This document shows positions 1-10,672 of a stretch of DNA of 64,000 nt, in pieces (the first letter of the stretch is position 1; every line of letters begins with the position of its first letter). The notes beneath the pieces are model-generated. The model ran no database searches. It was not told where the DNA came from and saw only the letters and a list, made by a program, of their open reading frames with translations. The DNA is taken from positions 248,001-312,000 of the forward strand of contig MU005961.1 in assembly GCA_010093745.1 (NCBI GenBank), read 5' to 3'. The stretch is from Piedraia hortae CBS 480.64. Taxonomy: Eukaryota. Both the position numbers and the translations under genes were made by a program.

Positions 1-847
1 GCGGGAGAAGAATGAGATGGGAGAACGGGTACGGGTGGCAGCGAAGCGAATGGATCATCTTGAGCGTGCCTACCGGCGTGAGGAAATCAAGCATCTGCCA
101 GGTGATCAAGCCAAACAGAGAGAGGCAGATCTCAAGGCTTATGAAATTATGAAAGCTGAAAAGCTCGATAGCGCCAAGCAAAAGCATCAGGAGGATGTTG
201 CACTCAAGAACCGCCTCACCAGGCTTTTCCCAGCTTATGAAAGCTTTAAAAAGACCATTTCGGACCAGCGCCATGCAGACTTTGAAAAGCGACGCAAAGC
301 GGCCGAGAAGGAGCTGCAGGCCAAGATGGACCAGCGCCGCCGCGAACATCGCGAGCAAAAGGCTGCAGCTAAGCGTTGCGCGCAAGAAGAAGAACGCAAA
401 CGACGCGAAGAAGAAGAACGAATAGCCAAAGAGGCGGAAGAAGCTGCTCGAGCTGCGGAGCTGAAGAAGGCCGAGGAAGCAGCTGCCAAGGCCGATGCAG
501 AGAAACGCCGACAAGAGAGGGCTGAAGCAGCCAGACGACAGATGGAGCGTGAGGAGGAAGCTCAAAGAAACCGTCTCCTGCGTAAACAAGAAGCGGCTGC
601 CTCTTCAAGGCCGCAGCAACCCTCGGCAGCTGCCGGAGTGTCGAGAGGACCACCGCGGCTGCAGCTTCAAGGCCGAGGTGGGGGCACTACGGGGCCAAGT
701 TGGCGGGAGCGTGACGCAATGAAGGCCCGTGGTGAATTACCTCAGTCTGCAGCGGAGTCCCAGGAACCGAACAAGAAAGCGGACACCAAGCCTGCCGCAT
801 ACCGTCCTCCGGGAGCTCGGGGAGCAGGCTATAGGGACAAGAAGTGA
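1..847 (+). CDS. TIF32: Eukaryotic translation initiation factor 3 subunit A, C-terminal part (5' end lies outside the window)
   Basis: RMDHLERAYRREE motif, long E/R/K coiled coil, then a low-complexity tail with SWRER and AYRPPGAR typical of fungal eIF3a; stop TGA at 845-847. Confidence 0.9.
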   Translation, partial: REKNEMGERVRVAAKRMDHLERAYRREEIKHLPGDQAKQREADLKAYEIMKAEKLDSAKQKHQEDVALKNRLTRLFPAYESFKKTISDQRHADFEKRRKAAEKELQAKMDQRRREHREQKAAAKRCAQEEERKRREEEERIAKEAEEAARAAELKKAEEAAAKADAEKRRQERAEAARRQMEREEEAQRNRLLRKQEAAASSRPQQPSAAAGVSRGPPRLQLQGRGGGTTGPSWRERDAMKARGELPQSAAESQEPNKKADTKPAAYRPPGARGAGYRDKK

Positions 848-1414
848 GGAGCCAGCAGTTTCCGTAGCCAGGTCCATCGCTGTAAACTAAAAGCGTGCAA
901 ATTGTTGCCATTGGTTCCCAACTAGTTATATCATCATCTTTGATCACTACATGGCTACGTGGTAGACTAAGACGAAGACAGCCCATCTGAAATCGATTCA
1001 TGACATCATGGGCTTATAGCTAGGGTTCACCTTTGGGGAGCCTTTTAGGGTTTGTTAACATCGGCCCGCCAAGACCGTTTGGGGGGAACGGCGGGTTCCG
1101 CGGCGTAAAACTCTCGCACTCCCCCATCAACAACACCACACACGCATACCCATCCCCAACCCACCTGTCTCCCCTCATCTTCGCGTATCGCTCCTTTGCT
1201 CACTCCTTCATCGTCGCTTCGTTGTCATTTCCCATACACGCCTTCTGTTTGCTGCAGCGTAGCGGTTGTTTGATTTTTGCACACCAACGTCCAGAAAGGT
1301 AAGTCTATTGTGGCGTATGCTTCGTAGTGCGCGCTGACAGCCCCGTGAGAGCTTTCATCTTCCAAAGCTTTCTCCGTTTACAACCGACTCCCCACGTATA
1401 TATCTCAAGACATC

Positions 1415-3032
1415 ATGGCGACCGAGGGTTCTGCCTATCCTATGCCGGGGGTCAACGGTCATTCAACACATAATACCGAGCTCGAAAAGCAGCATAGCTA
1501 CTCGCAGTCGACTGCACAGAAGCCTCAGGTCTCCAAGAACGAGGTTGGCTGGTACTTTGTCGAGCAATTCTACACAACCCTCAGTCGCAGCCCGGATAGG
1601 CTCTACCTCTTCTACTCTAAGCAGTCCCAGTTCGTGTCTGGTGAAGAAGCAGAAAAGGTCCAAGTTTGCGTTGGCCAGCGCGCCATCAACGATCGCATTA
1701 AGGAACTCGACCTCCACGACTGCAAGGTCCGTGTGACCAATGTAGACTGCCAGGGTTCCGGCTCCAACATTGTCATTCAAGTCATTGGCGAGATGTCGAA
1801 CCGTTCTTTGCCGCACAAGAAATTCACGCAGACGTTTGTCTTGGCTGAGCAGGTCAATGGCTACTTTGTGCTGAACGACATCTTTCGGTTCCTGGTTGAC
1901 GAGGAGGATGAGGAGCCTGTGGAAGCTGGAGCGGCATCCGAGCCCGCAGTGACGCAGGAAGCGGTGCGGGAGGTGCCTGAGGAGCAGCCGACGACGCAGG
2001 CTGGCGGTGAGCAGCAGGATGCGCCGCCCGCAATGCAGGGGGCCGAGCATAAGACGCTTACCAGCTCTGATGACCCTTCTGCCATTGAGCGCGATGCTTT
2101 AGAGGTTGACAAGCGTCTTGAAGAGAAGATGACGAAGGTTGAAGAACCGGCTGCAGTGCAGGCAAACGGGACCGTCGAGGCAGAGAGCACGGCCGAGGAC
2201 GAAGACACGCAAGCAGCACCCCAGGAGTCCACCGAGGTGTCTACATCCAAGGTCGACCTTGAGCCGGAGAAGCCCCAAGACCCATCGCCTTCTCCTGTCG
2301 CCACTCCCGCTCAAACTGAACCGCAGCCTGCACCTGCCGCTCCGCCAAAGACGTGGGCAATGGCTGCCGCCTCCAACAATCGCTCGGCCGCACAGGCCAC
2401 GTCTACTCATGGTCCTGTGTCACAACAGCAGCCTGCCAAACCGGCCTCAAAAGTTGCCATGGCCACTACGCCCGCTGCTACGCAAACACCAGCCTCTACA
2501 GGGCCCGCATCAACCATAGCGCCCTCGCGTGACGATGCTGGGTCCAATGTGGCCCAGGAAGAGTGGGTCCCCGTGAATAACCATACAAGACAGCAGTCTC
2601 GCCAAACAAACTCTCAACCGCACGAAGCCAGTTCGCAGAACAGGGGCTACATCAAGAACGTCCATGAGGGTATTGCTTTTGACGAACTACGCAATCGCCT
2701 CGCCCAGTACGGCGAGTTGCAAAACTTCGACATCTCTCGAACTAAGGTGATTATTTGCAAGACGTTATTTTACATTTGCTGACACGGCACAGAATTCTGC
2801 ATTTGTGGACTGGAAGTCACCTGAAGGCTACCAGAAGGCGCGCGAAGCCAACCCTCACCAATTTGGTGACACGTCCCTGTACGTGGAGGAGCGACGTGTG
2901 CGCACGGGACAGGGGACGTATGCCTCTCGGGGACAGTATCAGAACCGTGGACGCGGTGGGATGCCCGCAAGAGGCGGACATCAAAACCGCGGCTATACGC
3001 GGGGACGCGGGCGTGGGCGTGGTGGGGACTAG
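1415..3032 (+). CDS. NTF2 + RRM + RGG protein (G3BP/Bre5/Nxt3-like stress-granule factor); intron 2747-2792
   Basis: N-terminal NTF2 fold (EVGWYFVEQFY...GYFVLNDIFRFL), acidic/proline linker with PKTWA, RRM (GYIKNV...NSAFVDW after splicing GTGATT..GCTGAC..CAG), RG/RGG tail. A probable 5'UTR intron starts GTAAGT at 1299. Confidence 0.9.
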
Positions 3033-3238
3033 AGGACACATTACTGTAATAATTCAGCTGTGCTGTAGTTTCGTTGCCTGATGTGGACGTATGTCAACGC
3101 TAGTGCGATATGTGCCCTCTAGCTGGGATGAAAGCTCGGGGGGAGTGTGAACGCGTTCCATTCACGGCAGAATGAAGTAGGTTTGCTACCCAGATGGGAC
3201 GCACGCTTGTATCGTGAGGACGCCCTGAATCACGATCC

Positions 3239-4513
3239 ATGGAAAGTGAGCAATTGTCAAGGCCTCGCCGTCCAGGGAACACAATACATCCCACCATCCG
3301 GGCCATGGGTCGGCGCATTCTGTCGCAAGAGCAGCAAACATCACCGTTGGCCGTATCGCCCAGAGTTCAGCGCAGAGACTCGGCAGCGTCGTCATCGGTG
3401 CAACTAGGCAGCGGACCAATCACTCCGCTGAGATTGAGTCCACAACCGGCATCGGCGATGCCAAGCACACCCAGATCTGGATCACCGCGGTCCTGGAGGC
3501 TTAGCGATGAAGAGGCAAGCGTTGGGACAGATTCATGGTCCGTCGACGCAGAAACAGGCTTGGTCATGCCGAGCATCGCCGTCTCCGCTCGACACCCGCT
3601 GACTGAGCGAGGACAGCAGCTTGGACGGATAAAAGTCATGGTTGTGGGACGACGAGGAGTGGGCAAAAGCAGCCTCATACGCAGCATTGTACGAGCGTCG
3701 GAGGATGTAGTCCACTCGACTCCGGCAGCGGCGGTTGCAGAGTACCCAGATGTGTGGGAAGTGCGGGCCTCAACCCGGACATATCCCGACTGGTGGAAAG
3801 AGCGAGGATGCGCCATGGGTGAGGGGGTGCTTGAGCCCAACTTGTGTTTGGTAGACACGCCGGGTGTAGAAGATGAAAGGGGAAGGTCGCAGATCATGTC
3901 CTATTTCGCAGCGAGCCATCCTGGCCACCTTGACGAGCTTTCAGAGCTAGAGACATTGAAACTATTGAGCGGCGAAGGCGGCACCCATGTCGATGCTGTC
4001 CTCTGGCTGTTCGCCCACGATGAGGAACTGTCCTGTACCGCCAGCAAAGTAATACGCCATATGAGCCTTTACACAAACATCATCCCCGTGATTGGGTTTG
4101 CAGATACTTGCGCAGACGTGCAAGCGGCCAAACGGCGAATGATTGCCCAGCTTGCAGGCCTCCCCTCCCTCTATAGTCTACAGGACAAGGAAGAGCCGTA
4201 TGCCATCTCCTCGGCCGCTGGGATTGATGATGAAGAACTCGACGCTAGTGTATTGATGTCATCTCTCTACGAAGCTCCGCCTGTGCCGAGCGACTTGGGA
4301 AAATTGGTCGCTCGCTTACTGGACCCGAGCAACGCTGCACGCATGAGACATACTGTTGCAGCCAAATTCGTGGGGCAGAGAGCGGAGAAGAGAAACGGGA
4401 GACTAGGGGGTGAGTTTCACCTGGATCCTGACGGCGTTTTACCGCAGTTGATGAAGAAGGCGATCGCGTTGGCGCTGGGCGCTGTTGCTCTTGGATGGTT
4501 CTATGTAGATTAA
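3239..4513 (+). CDS. Septin-like P-loop GTPase-domain protein with C-terminal hydrophobic anchor
   Basis: KVMVVGRRGVGKSSL (G1), NLCLVDTPG (G3), HVDAVLWLF and NIIPVIGFAD (septin-like strands), terminal AIALALGAVALGWFYVD. Confidence 0.7.
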   Translation: MESEQLSRPRRPGNTIHPTIRAMGRRILSQEQQTSPLAVSPRVQRRDSAASSSVQLGSGPITPLRLSPQPASAMPSTPRSGSPRSWRLSDEEASVGTDSWSVDAETGLVMPSIAVSARHPLTERGQQLGRIKVMVVGRRGVGKSSLIRSIVRASEDVVHSTPAAAVAEYPDVWEVRASTRTYPDWWKERGCAMGEGVLEPNLCLVDTPGVEDERGRSQIMSYFAASHPGHLDELSELETLKLLSGEGGTHVDAVLWLFAHDEELSCTASKVIRHMSLYTNIIPVIGFADTCADVQAAKRRMIAQLAGLPSLYSLQDKEEPYAISSAAGIDDEELDASVLMSSLYEAPPVPSDLGKLVARLLDPSNAARMRHTVAAKFVGQRAEKRNGRLGGEFHLDPDGVLPQLMKKAIALALGAVALGWFYVD

Positions 4514-4705
4514 TAACGGTATGTATTGCCTAAAGGGGCTAGAACTGCGCCGTGGAACATGCAACAAGCCTAACTGGGGTTGTGCAGACCTCTGGCCTAC
4601 CCTTTCGAACAAGGACCGAGCGCAAGTGTTACAGCAAAGCATACACAAGAAAAGGACTGCAGCTTTATTCCCTGGGAAAGCAAAATCGCCGAATCGATCA
4701 ACATC

Positions 4706-5275
4706 ATGGTAAAAAAACCGCCCGCCTCCTGTTCAAACTCTCCCTCCTGACTGCGATCAATCCAGGCACAGGACCGATTTAGCACCTACTCGGGCGCACC
4801 GTCCATTCAGCCCTCGCTCGGCCCTACCGAAGCTTCCTTTCCTCAATCCGCCTCTGCCTCTGCGCGCTCATCTCTGGCACCAGCCCACCAGCCGTCGCGT
4901 TCCAAAAGCTACATGCGCTCCTCGCCAAAGTCCCATTTCTTCAACCGAAATGGAAACGAGAACCCCAACCCCAGCACGTCCACCTTTGGAGACCCGGACC
5001 TCACATCATGGTCTGGTTCGTTGGACAGAATGCAAGACGCCCGTCTCGAACGCCAGCGCTACATCATGAGTGGCATGAAGAGCGAAGAAGTCGACATGCT
5101 CGCCTTGGGAGCGAAAGTCGAGAGGGCCCTGGCCAGGAGGATGTCTACCCAGGATGCTGACATGAAGGAAGGGATGAAAGCTGAGGAGGAAACTGAGGGT
5201 GTCAAAGTCGATGTGGATGAGCCCTCGCTAAACAAGAGTCTGAACGAGAAGCGGGCCGAGATTGCTGCCATTTGA
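4706..5275 (+). CDS. Small hypothetical protein; first coding exon is ATG only, intron 4709-4765
   Basis: ATG at 4706 is followed directly by GTAAAA..CTGAC..TCCAG; exon 2 from 4766 is open and in frame with the 4913-5275 ORF (LALGAKVERALARRMSTQDA looks like a conserved helix). Confidence 0.7.
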
Positions 5276-5648
5276 TTTTGAGCCCTTTACGAAAAAAATT
5301 CACGAACAGGCAACAAGGTGTGATGGGGTGGGTGATGACGAAAGATCGGGGCGATTGGGCATACAAATGGAATCATCAGTCGAGGTTTTTCTTTGATAGG
5401 GCTCGGCCACACACATACTGCTTGTCATGTAGCAGGTCATCTTTCACGATGACGTCCACCTAACCAGCCGCGCACAGTGCTTTTCATCATCTTGTGATTC
5501 CGTTTGTGCTCTGATTTCGACTTTAATTCAATAACCCACCTGCCATAGTGCTTGATTGTGCCGATACGAGTACGATATCTGTAGGAGCTGGCATCCACCG
5601 GTAATCGTTTTTCATGCAAACCACCGCTAAATTGCGATCTTAGATAAC

Positions 5649-8510
5649 TCACGAAATTCCCAAGCCTAGTCTTTCCCCATTACTTCTGCCCTGTTCCCTC
5701 ATTCTTCTGCCCTCCATCAAGCCCCGGAGGCCACGCTTTTGCAGCCCCACAACAGAACTCATAGCACCCTTCCACACAGCCATGTCAGCTCCGCTGCGCA
5801 TGCTTCCCTCGCTTCCGCTTAGACTTCCATCTGTCGTGGCACTGCTGGGCTCTGACTCCTCCGTGTAAGGTCGAGCATCGTTGCCAAGCGATCCGCTTGT
5901 ATCTAACCGCATGCCGTTGACTAGACCCTCGATACCCATTAGACTTGCAGTACGGGGAGGAATGGTGCTATCGCGTCCTGTTGCTCTCCTTTCTGCAGCG
6001 AATTTGACGCCATCGCCCCCTCCGGCGCCCATCGCGGCTGCATTGAAAATGGCAGCCGCGTTTCGGCCGTCAAGAGATTCATGGAGTCTTTGAATGACCG
6101 TTTCCAGTAGCCCTTCGATCCGATACGGCCGCGCCAGCTGGAGCAAAGAGCAGAGAATCTGGGGCGTCGCCAATGGAGACGGCGGAGACGGTAGAGTAGA
6201 CGTATAAAGGAAGTGCAGCAGCGCATGCAGAGTCGGAGCCGTGTGTGGGAGAAAGAGCAGCCGTGGTCGGCTCATCGGTGGTACCGACTTGAGGTCAGGC
6301 ACTTCCGCCTTGACTTCTGCAGCCGTTATGGTCAAAGCCGACTGGCGCGCTCCTCCACGCCGCAAAGTGGCTGAATCTGACTCATGTGCCATGGATTCCT
6401 GCAAAAGTGTAGTGAAGTGCGGGCCCCATCGACGGGCAAGAAGACGTGAATTGACAGGAATGCGCGTTCCGTCAACCGCCAAAAAGTCCATATCGGCCAA
6501 TTCTCGCGAGGCCAGGGCAATTGCGCCCAACTCCTGCGCTGCCATTGACATCTCTGGCCCCAGCGGTGTAAGGTCTCCCGCATGGCTCTTGCGCGGGTTC
6601 TCGTACAAACCAAACGCCTCCAGTTCGACCAGACAGAGATTGGAGAAGTTGAGTCGCCGGTTGTTGTAATCATCAACCAGACTTCGCTTCCTGTTGCCGA
6701 GAATTACGTACGCATTGCGACGGCTCCACAGCACGCCTCGATTCCAGCTTCCATGGCTGAAGATGCTTCCGCCCGCGTCTATACGGCTCCAGGACAATGA
6801 CTTGAGATCAAGCGCCCAGAGAGCATACTCTTGCTTGGATGACGCCAGAAACGTCCCCGACACAACAAAGTGATTGTCAATGACGCCGCCGTTGGGGAAT
6901 CGCAGGCCCGGCGGCGAGAGACCTCCAGTCATTGACTTCTCTGTGAGCGTGCCATCGGTATGGCGGACCTGCAGCTCCAGCTTCACGTCGAGGAAATTAT
7001 AGTTGGAATAAATCAGCACGGGTGCACCAGACCCGACCACGTTGGCCTCGTCTTCCTCGTCTTCTTCATCGACCTGTGCATGCGGCCCTGCACCGATCTG
7101 ATGTGCGCTCATTGTTGTAAGAGGGGTGACAACGCTACGATATGCCCCGCAGCTGCGACCCAGAGGTGATGTCTCTGTCCATCTGAGGCTGCGCAAGTTG
7201 AAGACGCTGACCTGTTCAATGTAATGATTCCCACTGTCCTGGCCCCCAATAACAACCATCTCAGCGCCTCCGGCCCCGTCGATAGCTACACCCAGTGAGC
7301 CCTGGTTGGGCTGTGCACCTTGGGGATTGTGTTGCAGCGCCGACAGTGGTGCTGTTGCACTGGCAAAGACTGCCGAACTAGGAACTATGGTGGCACAATG
7401 GGCATAGCGGCCCTGCGGCGACTCCGGCGTCGGGATGTACGTCCAGGTGCGCGTAGGAGCATCGAATATGTGGATGTCTGACATGACGACAACATCCGAC
7501 TGGACGTCTGTCTCGGACGACGGAGCAGGCGACATGCCGCCGTAGCAGACGAGTTTAGTGTCACCCAAAGCACACGTGCTGTGGAAGTAGCGGGGAAGAG
7601 GCACGTCGCCATGGCACTCGAGTTTTGTCCAGTGACGGTGAATGAGATCCAGCTCATATACATTCGATGTCAACTGCGTCCTGGTCCGTGTCAGTCGCCG
7701 TCCGCCGAAAACGTACAGCTTGTCGCCGAGAATGGTCGTCGTTGCGCCAACAAGAGGCGGTGGTTCCTTGCCCGTCGTGCGGTGAACATTGCAGATGAGC
7801 CCTGAAAGATTGGCCGAATTAGGCCCGCTTGGCCTTTGCGCTGCGCCCGCGGCTGGGTGCTGCACAGCATGACGTTCACCTTCCTCCTGCGACGCTTCAG
7901 TCTCCGTCCCAGACTCGTAACCAGATCGCGAGCCAGCCAGGCTCGAATAGCTGCTGACTCCACCGAAGGGCTGTACACGCGCGCCGTTGCTTGCATTGGC
8001 ATTAGATCGGTTTAAAGAAGCATTGGACATGCTTGCGGTAATCCCGGCGGGCCGCGCTGGCTCATACATGGGCGGGGACATGACAATGTTGGGGCTTGAT
8101 GATTTCGGCTTCAAGGAAGCCGGCTTCACAACAGGTTGCGCCTGCTTGGTGATGGGCGCGTCGACATTCCGCGGCGTGGGTCGCTGGTCCAGGCCACCGC
8201 TTTCGGCAGGGTGGTCTACGGGTGTGGCAAGGAAGTCAGACGAAGGCGACACGTCGCTACCTCGCGACAAAAAAGTGGCAGCTGTGGGCGACGGGCAGGG
8301 GATGTTAATGGGGGGCACCGACGCCTCTGGCTTAGCTGATTCGGAGCTGTCCTGGCGCGACGGCGGCGGAGAGCGAGTTCCGTCGGCCGGTGCGTCTTCT
8401 TTGTTGCGCCGTTTACGGCGACGACGAAAGGGAAAAGAAGGGCCGGAATGGGGTTCGTCGTCGACCGTTCCGGCTGCGGAATAAGCAATAGCACCTAAGG
8501 GAATCGCCAT
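5649..8510 (-). CDS. Kelch-repeat + BTB-like protein, Ral2/Mds3/Pmd1 family; true start uncertain
   Basis: Kelch repeats (LVGATTTILGDKLYVFGG, PLPRYFHS, PQGRYAHCA), LRFPNGG and SWNRG motifs, BTB-like region (ADMDFLAVDGTRIPVNSRLLARRWGPHF; LHALLHFLYT). A branch/acceptor-like ACTAAC..TTAG overlaps the 8510 ATG, so the start may differ. Confidence 0.85.
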   Translation of the reverse strand: MAIPLGAIAYSAAGTVDDEPHSGPSFPFRRRRKRRNKEDAPADGTRSPPPSRQDSSESAKPEASVPPINIPCPSPTAATFLSRGSDVSPSSDFLATPVDHPAESGGLDQRPTPRNVDAPITKQAQPVVKPASLKPKSSSPNIVMSPPMYEPARPAGITASMSNASLNRSNANASNGARVQPFGGVSSYSSLAGSRSGYESGTETEASQEEGERHAVQHPAAGAAQRPSGPNSANLSGLICNVHRTTGKEPPPLVGATTTILGDKLYVFGGRRLTRTRTQLTSNVYELDLIHRHWTKLECHGDVPLPRYFHSTCALGDTKLVCYGGMSPAPSSETDVQSDVVVMSDIHIFDAPTRTWTYIPTPESPQGRYAHCATIVPSSAVFASATAPLSALQHNPQGAQPNQGSLGVAIDGAGGAEMVVIGGQDSGNHYIEQVSVFNLRSLRWTETSPLGRSCGAYRSVVTPLTTMSAHQIGAGPHAQVDEEDEEDEANVVGSGAPVLIYSNYNFLDVKLELQVRHTDGTLTEKSMTGGLSPPGLRFPNGGVIDNHFVVSGTFLASSKQEYALWALDLKSLSWSRIDAGGSIFSHGSWNRGVLWSRRNAYVILGNRKRSLVDDYNNRRLNFSNLCLVELEAFGLYENPRKSHAGDLTPLGPEMSMAAQELGAIALASRELADMDFLAVDGTRIPVNSRLLARRWGPHFTTLLQESMAHESDSATLRRGGARQSALTITAAEVKAEVPDLKSVPPMSRPRLLFLPHTAPTLHALLHFLYTSTLPSPPSPLATPQILCSLLQLARPYRIEGLLETVIQRLHESLDGRNAAAIFNAAAMGAGGGDGVKFAAERRATGRDSTIPPRTASLMGIEGLVNGMRLDTSGSLGNDARPYTEESEPSSATTDGSLSGSEGSMRSGADMAVWKGAMSSVVGLQKRGLRGLMEGRRMREQGRSNGERLGLGIS

Positions 8511-9466
8511 GTTAGTCAATGTGCGATGTCGGAGTTGATGTCGTAAAGGCTTTCGTAGAGGCTCGACAAACACAGATAATGAAAGCGCAGGAGTCACGCC
8601 AATGCGATGTCAGGCAGGAAAGCCGTCACGCTGCTGTTTTCTGCCCGTGACACTCGCCCTCGGGAGCAGCGTACGGCGGCTCGGACACGCGCATTCACTT
8701 GTCCACGTCTCGGACGGCCACCATGGTGGGGGATGAACGTAGGAAAGGCGAGCAAATACCGCAGAAGAAATAAAAGGACCTACCAAAAGAACAGGACCCA
8801 AAAGCCAATAACCAACCTGCTGAAGCGCGACGCGCGTGATGATCGCTGGGGTGGGAAGGATGTGGGAAGTGCCCCCGCCAAGACTCGACCCCAGACGTGA
8901 GCCGTCAGCCAATCGCCTGCCACTGGAGGTGCTGTCATTCCCCGCATTCTTCCTCCTTCCATGCATCGTCTGGTTGTCCTCTGCATTCAACTGAGCACGT
9001 ATGCAGATGGATTTGGTACAGTGCTTCACGAGGCACTCAGCACGTCGCGCGATCTGCGGCTCAGAGACGGCACTGCTCACTCAGCCAACAGGGGGTTTGA
9101 CCCAAAGAGGTGGGGCCAAAGCAGCGGCCCGTCTCGCTCCGACCCCAGACGCCGCGTGCCCTAATGCGATTGAGGTTTCCTTGTCCGTTTGCGCCGGGAC
9201 TGTGGTTACATCAGCGCCCCTCCACCCTTGTAACCAATCAGCCACTACAACAAAGCTCTTGTCTCATAAATGGGCTTGACAGCCAAACAGAGTTGGGGGG
9301 TGGCCTATCCCGGGGGACGTTATGCGACAGGGTCCGCTACTATCCTTCCATTCTAGAATAGAAACGGCCAACGGTACAACGGCGTGATCTAGACTTCCCC
9401 GCCGTTTGCGGAAAAACCCCGCATTTGCGCGTCATGTAAGGCTATAAGAGTCTAATTGCGTATGGC

Positions 9467-10202
9467 TTAGTCTGCCGCGCTTGTCTGATCCTTGGGCAGT
9501 GGCGTGAACCGTAGATAGGGCTTGACCACCTTCATCTTGGGAAACAACTTTTCCGCCTCAGCGCCCTTGATGGTCGGGTGGACAATGACATCGTCGCCAG
9601 GCACCCAGTTGATCGGCGTCGTGACCTTGTGACGATCACCCGTTTGCAGCGAATCGACAATGCGCAACACCTCTGCCGTGTTTCTTCCTGTGGAAGCAGG
9701 GTATGACAGGATGGTGCGGATTGTTTTCTTGGGATCGATAATGAAAACAGAGCGGATCGTGAACGCTGTGCCCTTCTCGTCGACATTGGTGGCATCCTGG
9801 TGATCGATCCTAGCCCCTGTCAGTTTGGCACCGAGTCGTCGTGGGGATCACCTACATGTCGTACATCAGCGCCACCTTGCGATCCTTGTCCCCAATGATG
9901 GGGAAGCGCAGGTGCGAGCCCGTAACTTCATCAATGTCCTTGATCCAGCCGCCATGACTGTCGACAGTGTTGGCACTGAGGCCGATGAGCTTGACATTAC
10001 GCTTGGTGAATTCAGGCTCCAACTTGGCAAAGGCACCCAGCTCAGTGGTGCACACCGGGGTGTAGTCCTCGGGGTGCGAGAACAAGACCACCCACTTGTC
10101 CCCAATGAATTCATGGAAATCGATGGGGCCTGTAGTGGTGTCGGCCTTGAAGTTGGGGGCAGTGCTGCCCAGGCGAAGGGCGTCGGGATGGTTTGAAGAC
10201 AT
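9467..10202 (-). CDS. PRX1: 1-Cys peroxiredoxin (Prx6/Prx1 type); intron 9810-9855
   Basis: FSHPEDYTPVCTTE active site; splicing GTAGGT..CTGAC..TAG joins YDM-IDHQD; C-terminal TPINWVPGDDVIV and PYLRFT. No N-terminal mitochondrial presequence visible. Confidence 0.95.
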
Positions 10203-10672
10203 TGTGGTCCAGGAAAAAGATTCTGCGTTAGAGGGCCGGTTAAAGGTGGACCACAGTGCGCTTAGTCATCGTCAAACCTGCATCATCACGCCATAGGCGC
10301 TAAGCGAAAGGCGGAAGAACTTGCCACGTGCGGACAGACATGAAGACGGACGAGGACGGGCCTGTAACAATGCAGCTGTTTTTCACCTGTTACCAAACAT
10401 GTCAACGCTGTAGGCGGTGCGGTAGTGTCCGTTTTCGCTGCCAAGCCTCGCCGTCGTGAGCATTGGCTACTAGTGGCAGCCCTATAGCTCTGTGGTCGAG
10501 GGTACAAACTCGGCTTGCAACAAGCCTTGGACAGTGTCAAGTATGTCGATGAATGTGGGACTGTGGTGGGTCGTTACCATCACTCACATTTGTCAGCCCA
10601 AAGTCTCGACTAGTCCGTGCTATCAGCGAGCGACGAGCTATGAATTGAATTTTCGGGACTCTCGCAAGTGCC

